NCBI RefSeq assembly: GCF_036507355.1
Contig: NZ_AP027883.1
Reading direction: 5' to 3' (one strand)
DNA from: Escherichia coli
GTDB taxonomy: Bacteria; Pseudomonadota; Gammaproteobacteria; Enterobacterales; Enterobacteriaceae
DNA length: 4,958 nucleotides
Made by a program: the position numbers and the translations under genes. Each line of letters starts with the position of its first letter. Position 1 is the first letter of the stretch. Below the pieces are notes generated by a model. It was given only the letters and a program-made list of their open reading frames with translations, made no database searches and was not told the origin of the DNA. This document shows positions 1 to 4,958 of the stretch, piece by piece.

Positions 1-124
1 AACCAGCCTCGACACCATCAAGAGCTGGGAAACCGGACGCCGTAACCCGACCGGACTGGCGGCGAAGGTACTGGCAACCATCCAGGCGAACCCGAAATTC
101 TTCCAGGAACTGGCGGCGCACTAA
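1..124 (+). CDS. higA: 3' part of a HigA2-like XRE-family helix-turn-helix antitoxin gene (5' part is at the window end; nt 1 is the third base of a codon split across the window boundary)
   Basis: Reading from nt 2 gives TSLDTIKSWETGRRNPTGLAAKVLATIQANPKFFQELAAH followed by TAA at 122-124. The SLDTIKSWETGRRNP stretch is the second helix and turn of a classic XRE-type HTH. It continues in frame from the partial ORF at 4798-4958. Confidence 0.75.
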   Translation, partial: TSLDTIKSWETGRRNPTGLAAKVLATIQANPKFFQELAAH

Positions 125-272
125 GCCGTTGTGACAGAAGGATTCGACAGGCGAGGCCGTTCGCGTGTAATTTAACGGCAACAGAAAAAACAAAGCCCCG
201 GAAATCATGTCATATCTTGGCGGATCGCATGATAACCAGGGCCAGGTCGAAACCTTGAAAGGATATTAGCAC

Positions 273-323
273 ATGAAACGTGCCAGACAACAGCCCGCCA
301 TAAGCGCAGGGCGAATTGAATAA
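273..323 (+). promoter_or_regulatory. Candidate 16-codon leader mini-ORF (MKRARQQPAISAGRIE) whose stop overlaps the rep start; possible translational-coupling element
   Basis: ATG at 273-275 preceded by AAGGA (259-263) at 9 nt spacing; in-frame TAA at 321-323 lies 3 nt after the TTG at 316 that opens the rep frame (aTTGAATAA). Purely sequence-based, no homology support. Confidence 0.25.
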
Positions 324-1284
324 CGCAGTACTCGAACTTTTCAACGACCGCTTACCGCACAAGCCGTACTTTTCGGACGATCTGCACTTTGGTGTACGCA
401 TTGCCGGTAAGGAACGCGCCATTCTGGCGAAATACATCCAGTTCAATCAGCCTCACGCCATGTTCTGGCTGGGATTCGACGTCGATCGCGCCGGTGCCGC
501 TATTGACTGGAGCGACCGCAATGCCCCCGCGCCGACACTGACGATCACCAACCCCGAAAACGGGCACGCGCACCTGCTTTACGCGCTGAAAACCCCGATA
601 CGTACCGCGCCAGACGGAAAAATGAAGCCATTACGCTACGCAGCTGCCGTAGAGAACGCGCTACGTAAAAAATTAGAGGCTGATGCGGGGTATTCGGGAC
701 TAATCTGCAAAAATCCGAACCACGGACACTGGAAAATTGCCGTATGGCAGCCGGAACTCTACACGCTGGACTGGTTGGCTGACTTTCTTGACCTGAACGC
801 AGCGAACGAAAAAGACATCGTTGATGACTACGGCTTAGGCCGTAACTGCACCTTGTTCGACAAGACCCGTAAGTGGGCATACCGCGCTATCCGTCAGGGC
901 TGGCCGGAGTATGAGCAGTGGCTGCAAGCCTGCTATGAGCGGGCTAGTGCTTACAACCTGCAATTTGCTGTGCCTCTGGATGAAAATGAGGTGAACGGGA
1001 TTGCTAAAAGCATTGCTAATTGGACAATATGCAATATGTCAGAATTCGAATTTAGAGAATACGTAAAGAAAACTCACACTTCAAAAATACAAGCTTTGAG
1101 AGGTAAGATTGGAGGTCGCAAAAGCAAAGGTGGAGGGCGTAGGAAAAATTCTAGTTGCCCCACATCAGAACGAACTACAAAGCCATGGGTTTTACTTGGT
1201 ATTAGTCGTTCGACTTATTACAGGAAAAAATCAAATAAATTTAAGGCTGATTTAAATGTCCAACCAGAAGAGTTTGAATATTGA
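316..1284 (+). CDS. rep: ColE2-type plasmid replication initiator Rep (plasmid-specific primase), probable TTG start
   Basis: 322-aa ORF. The N-terminal two thirds (LPHKPY, QPHAMFWLGFDVDR, NPENGHAHLLYAL, YSGLICKNPNHGHW, GLGRNCTLFDKTRKWAYR) and the C-terminal KPWVLLGISRSTYYRK match my recollection of the ColE2 Rep family. There is no in-frame ATG between the upstream stop (301-303) and residue 48, so TTG 316 is the only plausible start; the Shine-Dalgarno is weak (AGGG at 308-311). Confidence 0.85.
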   Translation: MNNAVLELFNDRLPHKPYFSDDLHFGVRIAGKERAILAKYIQFNQPHAMFWLGFDVDRAGAAIDWSDRNAPAPTLTITNPENGHAHLLYALKTPIRTAPDGKMKPLRYAAAVENALRKKLEADAGYSGLICKNPNHGHWKIAVWQPELYTLDWLADFLDLNAANEKDIVDDYGLGRNCTLFDKTRKWAYRAIRQGWPEYEQWLQACYERASAYNLQFAVPLDENEVNGIAKSIANWTICNMSEFEFREYVKKTHTSKIQALRGKIGGRKSKGGGRRKNSSCPTSERTTKPWVLLGISRSTYYRKKSNKFKADLNVQPEEFEY

Positions 1285-2275
1285 GTTGCTTAGGTGTCTC
1301 GCAGTAATTTCAGTGATTTTGATACATATGACCATGGGGCATTTTTACGATGCCTTGCTCATGCATGAAAATAAATTGTCATGGATTGTTAGTAATCTTT
1401 ACTACTCGTTAACTAGGTTTTGCGTCCCTATTTTTTTTATTATATCAGCTTATTTGGTTTTTAATAATAAATCCAATAAGAAATGGCATGAAAGATTAGT
1501 AAGACTTGGCTTGCCATTCGTCGCATGGTCGGCTATTTATTATGTGTACGGAGGAGGGCGCGATGCCTCGGAATTCCTAAAAAAAATACTAACAGAAAAC
1601 ACATCATTTCATCTTTGGTTTTTTCCTCCTTTTATAGGTTACACTCTTCTTCTTCCTGCGATCAAAAGTTTATTCATCAGTGAGAATAAAGATAAATTCA
1701 AATATATTTTCGTTATCATTTTTTTATCGTCCATCTTCACCCCTTCATTAATAATGCTGCTAAATTATTTTATTGGTGGCTATTCGTTTATCTATGGGAT
1801 AAGTAATTTTTGTTTAACGCTACCACCTTTGTTAGTATATGGTTTCGCATTTTCTTATTTTTACAAAAAAGTTAACGTGGTGAGTTGGTTTGTGGGGTAC
1901 TTAGTTATAATAATACTCAATATGATGATTAATATCATTATATCTAATAAGCTTGGCACACCTAATGAATGGTTTTATGGCTATACATCAGTTCTGGTTT
2001 TTATTTCTTCTTTTGTTTTATTCAACGTAGTCATGTCAATGAATCTTTCATTTCTTCCAGAAATGGCTGGTAAGGTTGTTTTGATTGTAGGACAGTGCTC
2101 ACTTGGAATATATTTATCTCATTGGTTGGTGTTTTTAATTTTGAGTAAGCATGGTTTATTGTTTTCTGGTAGAGCCATTGTTGATCCAATACTAAATACA
2201 GTAATAGTCTTTTGTGCTTCTATCGCTTTTACATTAGTAGTTCGAATTATTAAACCATTGCGCTATATCTTGTAG
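1256..2275 (+). CDS. Integral-membrane acyltransferase family 3 protein (AT3 / OafA-Oac-like O-acetyltransferase), substrate unknown
   Basis: 339-aa ORF, very AT-rich, hydrophobic throughout (multiple predicted transmembrane segments). N-terminal LLRCLAVISVILIH fits the AT3 first-helix signature R-x2-A-x3-V-x3-H, and FFIISAYLVF resembles the second conserved AT3 motif. ATG at 1256 is preceded by AAGG (1243-1246). The start overlaps the last 29 nt of rep. Stop TAG at 2273-2275. Confidence 0.8.
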   Translation: MSNQKSLNIELLRCLAVISVILIHMTMGHFYDALLMHENKLSWIVSNLYYSLTRFCVPIFFIISAYLVFNNKSNKKWHERLVRLGLPFVAWSAIYYVYGGGRDASEFLKKILTENTSFHLWFFPPFIGYTLLLPAIKSLFISENKDKFKYIFVIIFLSSIFTPSLIMLLNYFIGGYSFIYGISNFCLTLPPLLVYGFAFSYFYKKVNVVSWFVGYLVIIILNMMINIIISNKLGTPNEWFYGYTSVLVFISSFVLFNVVMSMNLSFLPEMAGKVVLIVGQCSLGIYLSHWLVFLILSKHGLLFSGRAIVDPILNTVIVFCASIAFTLVVRIIKPLRYIL

Positions 2276-2284
2276 CTCAATGGT

Positions 2285-2323
2285 TGTGAGACCAAAAACA
2301 AGCCTATATCAGATAACAGCCCT
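2285..2323. other. Probable ColE2-type replication origin (Rep binding and primer synthesis site)
   Basis: tgaGACCAaaaacAAGCCTaTATCAGATAACAGCcc closely resembles the ColE2-P9 minimal origin as I recall it (TGAGACCAGATAAGCCTTATCAGATAACAGCGCCC). In ColE2 plasmids the origin lies just downstream of rep; here it follows the cargo gene instead. Confidence 0.5.
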
Positions 2324-2346
2324 CTTTAGCAGAGGGCTGTTTTTTT
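2317..2346 (+). terminator. Rho-independent terminator closing the rep-acyltransferase transcription unit
   Basis: Perfect 9-bp stem CAGCCCTCT (2317-2325) / AGAGGGCTG (2331-2339) with 5-nt loop TTAGC, followed by a T7 run (2340-2346). Overlaps the 3' end of the origin-like sequence. Confidence 0.6.
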
Positions 2347-2379
2347 GCAGCCAGCACAGAACCTGACATACTGCACTAC

Positions 2380-2400
2380 TCTTTAAGCCAGTACACACAG
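2380..2400 (-). other. ColE1-like oriT nick-site core (bom-type)
   Basis: The - strand reads ...GTGTGTACTGGCTTAAAGAG..., containing TACTGGCTTAA, which is identical to the nick core of the ColE1/pBR322 bom region (gtaTACTGG/CTTAActatg). It lies about 125 bp upstream of mbeC; a short inverted repeat CGTC...GACG (2401-2414) is adjacent. Confidence 0.5.
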
Positions 2401-2468
2401 CGTCCCCTCTGACGAGGTGCCACCGTGACTGGTTCAGGGGGCTCGCCGCCCCCCGAAACCCCCGGCAT

Positions 2469-2510
2469 CCACTGCGAAAAATTCTCACAGTGGTGCGAAT
2501 TTTTTCTCAG
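2469..2510 (+). promoter_or_regulatory. Putative mob operon promoter/operator with repeated TGCGAA-N3/4-TTCTCA elements
   Basis: Direct repeat TGCGAAaaaTTCTCAcag (2473-2490) and TGCGAAttttTTCTCAg (2494-2510), each containing a GAA-W-TTC near-palindrome, plus inverted repeat CCACTG (2469-2474) / CAGTGG (2488-2493). Sits immediately upstream of mbeC; a ribbon-helix-helix MobC-type protein would be a natural binder. No clear sigma70 hexamers assigned. Confidence 0.3.
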
Positions 2511-2518
2511 CGGAGCCT

Positions 2519-2845
2519 ATGGAAAAGCGAACGAAAGAGATAAAAATCCGGCTTACCGAAACCGAGCATCAGCGACTGCTTGATCGCTGCGACCGGACTC
2601 ACCTTGCGGAGTGGCTTCGTCAGCTCGGTCTGGGTGAACATACCTCCCGCAAGCGCCGTGTGCCTGAGGTGGCGCCCGAACTGCTGCGGCAGGTCAGCGG
2701 TATTGGCAATAACCTGAACCAGATTGCCCGCCGCCTGAACCAGGCTGATTCCCTGACGCCTTCTGAACGTGTCTCGCTGCTCGTCGTACTGACCAGCCTT
2801 GATCGGCAGCTTGGCGACCTGCTGGAGCAGAACCGTGATCGTTAA
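2519..2845 (+). CDS. mbeC: Mobilisation accessory protein MbeC/MobC (relaxosome DNA-binding protein)
   Basis: 108-aa ORF. TETEHQRLLDRCD, the LLRQVSGIGNNLNQIARRLN block and the overall length fit the ColE1 MbeC / MobC family as I recall it. GGAG at 2512-2515. Stop TAA (2843-2845) overlaps the relaxase GTG start. Confidence 0.8.
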   Translation: MEKRTKEIKIRLTETEHQRLLDRCDRTHLAEWLRQLGLGEHTSRKRRVPEVAPELLRQVSGIGNNLNQIARRLNQADSLTPSERVSLLVVLTSLDRQLGDLLEQNRDR

Positions 2846-4403
2846 AATTCACTCACGAGGTGCGGGTTCCGGCAGCGGGCCGGTAGATTACCTGTTGGGT
2901 AAAGACCGGCAGCGTGAACAGGCCTGCGTACTGCGTGGCAATCCTGAACATGTGCGTGAGCTGATCGACGGCTGCAACTTTGCCCGCGCCTACACTTCCG
3001 GCGTGCTTTCATTCCAGGAACCTGACATTGCAGACGCCGAGAAATCGCGCCTGATGGACGAATGGGAGCACACGCTGCTGACCGGACTCGACCGCGACCA
3101 GTACGCCTGCCTGTGGGTAGAGCATCGCGACAAGGGACGGCTTGAGCTGAATTTTGTCATCCCGAACATCGAATTGCAGAGTGGAAAACGCCTGCAACCC
3201 TACTTTGACCGCGCCGACCGTCCCCGCGTCAACGCCTGGCAGACCCTGACCAACGACCGGCTGGGGCTGCGCGACCCGAATGACCCGACCTACCGCCGTC
3301 CGCTGACGCAGGCCAGCGATCTGCCCCGCGACAAACAGCAGGCGGCAGAGAAAATCACCGCCGGCCTGATGAACCTGATGCAGCAGGGCGTGATCCGCAG
3401 CCGGCAGGACGTGGTGACGCAGCTGGAAAGCTACGGCCTGACCGTAGCGCGGGAAACGAAAAGCAGCATCAGCATTGCCGATCCGGACGGCGGCCGAAAT
3501 ATCCGGCTGAAAGGAATGATTTATGAGCGAGATTTTAAATTTGGCGAAGGGCTTCGAGGAGAAATCGAAGCAGCAGGCGCAGGATACCGAGCAGAGCGTG
3601 AAGCGCGAGTTCGCGAGGCTGGAGACGTCTATCAGCGCGGAACTGCAATCAAGCTCGCAGAGCATCAGCAACGCTATCCGCGAGCAGAACGGCAGGCTGA
3701 CGGGCATGATCAGAACCTCCGTTTCAGCGGCGATGGCGTGGGTATTCCTCTGCTTCGCCCTGCTGATCGGCATCATGGGGGGGATAATCTGGTTTCAGGG
3801 CACGATCATCACCTCGCGCCTGAGCGAAATGGACAGCTACAGCCAGCAGCTGGCGAACCTGAAAGCGAAAAGCGGCGCGGGCGTGGCGATCTACAGCGAC
3901 GACAAGCACCGGAACACCTACATGGTGGTGCTGCCGAAGCAGGCGCACGGCGTGGAAACCTATACATCGACGACCGACAACACCGTAGTGAAATACACGG
4001 CGAAATAACCCCGTCAGAGCGCCCTGAAACGACACAGCGCGTTTTTAACACCGAGGATGACCAAAACCATGACCGAGATGGAAAAACAGCTTCTGAGCGC
4101 CTTAGAGAGCTTACAGACAAGCTACGAGCAACAGCAGCAGGCGTGGCAGGACAGCTACAGCAGCTTGCAGCACATGTTCGAGGCTACCTCACAGGCGCTG
4201 ACGCACAGCGACCGGGTGTGTCAGCACTTGAGCAGTCAGGTAGAGAGCTTGCGCGCGCAGGTCGAGAGCTTGAGCAGGAACGTCAGCCGCTTGATGCGTT
4301 GATCAGGCAGCACGACCGCGCCTACGCCGAGAAGCTGCGTGAGCAGCAGCCAGAGCCGGAGCCGCAGAAAAAAACGACCCGCTACTATGGCCCCTCGATG
4401 TGA
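2835..4403 (+). CDS. mbeA: MOB-HEN (ColE1 MbeA-type) conjugative relaxase; start placed at GTG 2835 rather than the ATG at 2799 in the ORF track
   Basis: From GTG 2835 the protein starts MIVKIHSRGAGSGSGPVDYLL, putting the catalytic Tyr at residue 19 and the HEN motif at H97/E104/N106 (LWVEHRDKGRLELNFVIPN), the same numbering as ColE1 MbeA. GTG 2835 is in frame with ATG 2799 and overlaps the mbeC stop (GTGATCGTTAA). 522 aa; the C-terminal half is low-complexity and charged. Confidence 0.85.
   Translation: MIVKIHSRGAGSGSGPVDYLLGKDRQREQACVLRGNPEHVRELIDGCNFARAYTSGVLSFQEPDIADAEKSRLMDEWEHTLLTGLDRDQYACLWVEHRDKGRLELNFVIPNIELQSGKRLQPYFDRADRPRVNAWQTLTNDRLGLRDPNDPTYRRPLTQASDLPRDKQQAAEKITAGLMNLMQQGVIRSRQDVVTQLESYGLTVARETKSSISIADPDGGRNIRLKGMIYERDFKFGEGLRGEIEAAGAGYRAEREARVREAGDVYQRGTAIKLAEHQQRYPRAERQADGHDQNLRFSGDGVGIPLLRPADRHHGGDNLVSGHDHHLAPERNGQLQPAAGEPESEKRRGRGDLQRRQAPEHLHGGAAEAGARRGNLYIDDRQHRSEIHGEITPSERPETTQRVFNTEDDQNHDRDGKTASERLRELTDKLRATAAGVAGQLQQLAAHVRGYLTGADAQRPGVSALEQSGRELARAGRELEQERQPLDALIRQHDRAYAEKLREQQPEPEPQKKTTRYYGPSM
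3523..4008 (+). CDS. mbeB: MbeB-like mobilisation protein, nested in the +1 frame inside mbeA
   Basis: 161-aa ORF with AAGGA (3511-3515) 7 nt before the ATG; a charged N-terminal region followed by one hydrophobic segment (AAMAWVFLCFALLIGIMGGIIWF). Position and architecture match ColE1 mbeB; call is positional/architectural rather than from verified sequence identity. Confidence 0.6.
   Translation: MSEILNLAKGFEEKSKQQAQDTEQSVKREFARLETSISAELQSSSQSISNAIREQNGRLTGMIRTSVSAAMAWVFLCFALLIGIMGGIIWFQGTIITSRLSEMDSYSQQLANLKAKSGAGVAIYSDDKHRNTYMVVLPKQAHGVETYTSTTDNTVVKYTAK
4069..4302 (+). CDS. mbeD: MbeD-like mobilisation protein, nested in the +1 frame inside the 3' part of mbeA
   Basis: ORF track starts at ATG 4057 (no spacing after GAGG). 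The in-frame ATG 4069 (MTEMEKQLLSALESLQ...) has GAGGA 11 nt upstream and better fits the ColE1 MbeD start as I recall it. Coiled-coil-like repeats (QVESLRAQVESLSRNV). Same frame as mbeB. Confidence 0.55.
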   Translation: MTEMEKQLLSALESLQTSYEQQQQAWQDSYSSLQHMFEATSQALTHSDRVCQHLSSQVESLRAQVESLSRNVSRLMR

Positions 4404-4404
4404 C

Positions 4405-4460
4405 CGCTTTTCCGAAATCAGAATTAAGTGTACTATGTACTCCGTTAAAAACAGGAGACA
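4405..4460 (+). promoter_or_regulatory. Putative higBA promoter/operator region
   Basis: 60-bp gap between the mbeA stop and the higB start contains TTAAGTGTACTATGTACTCCGTTAA, with a GTAC-TAT-GTAC dyad (4427-4440) overlapping a possible -10 (TACTAT 4431-4436), then a strong AGGAG (4453-4457) 6 nt before the GTG. Toxin-antitoxin operators are typically palindromes overlapping the promoter. Confidence 0.3.
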
Positions 4461-4463
4461 GCC

Positions 4464-4796
4464 GTGAGTCACGCGATTGAGTTTATCGAGACCCCGATGT
4501 TTACCCGTCAGATAAAACAGATCGCCACGGATGAAGAACTCAGGGAGCTGCAAAAGACGCTGATTGAGTCGCCGGACAAAGGCGATCTCATTCAGAAAAC
4601 CGGCGGGCTGCGCAAAATCAGGATGGCGACGGGCAACCAGGGAAAAAGCGGCAGCGTGAGGGTGATTTACTTTCTGGCCACCGCCGAGGTGATCTATCTG
4701 GTGATGGCCTACCCGAAAAGCACCAAAGACAGCCTGACGGACGCGGAAAAAGCCGCGCTGAAGACGCTGACCCAACAACTGAAAGACGAGGTGTGA
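4464..4796 (+). CDS. higB: HigB2-like (RelE/ParE superfamily) type II toxin, GTG start
   Basis: 110-aa ORF. TGGLRKIRMATGNQGKSGSVRVIYF and the downstream AEVIYLVMAYPKSTKDSLTD match the HigB-2 toxin family (GTGGLRKIR...GKRGGSRIIYYF...YLL..Y.K pattern) as recalled from Vibrio HigB-2. Toxin-first gene order is typical of hig modules. Stop TGA 4794-4796, 1 nt before the antitoxin ATG. Confidence 0.8.
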   Translation: MSHAIEFIETPMFTRQIKQIATDEELRELQKTLIESPDKGDLIQKTGGLRKIRMATGNQGKSGSVRVIYFLATAEVIYLVMAYPKSTKDSLTDAEKAALKTLTQQLKDEV

Positions 4797-4797
4797 C

Positions 4798-4958
4798 ATG
4801 AGTTTTTTTGACGAGCTGAAAGCATCGCTGGAAGAAGCCGTTGAAATCAAAAACGGCGTCAGAGAGCCTGCCCGCGTCACCCGTTACGAGCTGGCAGACG
4901 TGAAAGCCATCAGGGCACAGCTGAACGTATCTCAGAGCGAGATGGCGAAAGTGCTGGG
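4798..4958 (+). CDS. higA: 5' part of the HigA2-like XRE-family HTH antitoxin gene (runs off the window end and continues at nt 1)
   Basis: MSFFDELKASLEEAVEIKNGVREPARVTRYELADVKAIRAQLNVSQSEMAKVLG...; LNVSQSEMAKVLG is the first helix of an XRE HTH. 53 complete codons plus GG; with nt 1 (A) this makes GGA (Gly) and continues in frame into the 1-124 fragment. Confidence 0.8.
   Translation, partial: MSFFDELKASLEEAVEIKNGVREPARVTRYELADVKAIRAQLNVSQSEMAKVL

Noticed and set aside
150-185. Possible Xer (cer-like) multimer resolution site around GTGTAATTTAAC
   Set aside because: Only partial resemblance to one arm (ATTTAAC); no matching partner arm at the correct spacing.
156-190. Hairpin GCCGTT (156-161) / AACGGC (174-179) followed by an A-rich run, considered as the higA terminator or the RNAI terminator
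   Set aside because: Short 6-bp stem with a 12-nt loop and no U-run after it on either strand in the right orientation; not convincing as an intrinsic terminator.
210-880. Three ORFs on the - strand (210-446, 352-573, 545-880)
   Set aside because: All antisense to the rep leader and conserved rep coding region; no motifs. A real - strand product here would more likely be the untranslated antisense RNA than a protein.
2799-2834. ATG at 2799 as the relaxase start (as in the ORF track, giving MIGSLATCWSRT...)
   Set aside because: It adds 12 residues that shift the catalytic Tyr and HEN motif away from the MbeA numbering, and it lies deep inside mbeC. GTG 2835 gives Y19 and H97/E104/N106 and overlaps the mbeC stop.
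3009-3776. 255-aa ORF on the - strand
   Set aside because: Lies wholly antisense to the well-supported relaxase gene in a GC-rich region where stop-free antisense frames are common; no start context or recognisable motifs.
3724-4120. Two 103-aa ORFs on the - strand (3724-4035 and 3809-4120)
   Set aside because: Arg/Ser/Cys-rich low-complexity translations antisense to mbeA and mbeB; typical GC-rich antisense artefacts.
4236-4880. 214-aa ORF on the - strand
   Set aside because: Antisense to mbeD, the mbeA 3' end, higB and the higA start, all of which have independent support; treated as a shadow ORF.

Overview
The window reads as a complete small circular mobilizable plasmid of about 4.96 kb, cut inside its antitoxin gene, so the two window ends join in frame. 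All calls rest on reading the sequence and on recalled family knowledge; no database search was run. In order on the + strand: a ColE2-type replication initiator gene (rep) with a probable TTG start and an overlapping upstream mini-ORF; a strongly AT-rich cargo gene for a family-3 membrane acyltransferase (O-acetyltransferase-like); a ColE2-like origin overlapped by a rho-independent terminator; a ColE1-like oriT nick core on the - strand; a ColE1-type mobilisation operon (mbeC, HEN-motif relaxase mbeA with nested mbeB and mbeD); and a HigB2/HigA2-like toxin-antitoxin pair. The most interesting element is the low-GC acyltransferase, which sits between rep and its origin inside a compositionally foreign block and may modify a surface polysaccharide. 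Long - strand ORFs overlapping these genes are treated as antisense shadows.
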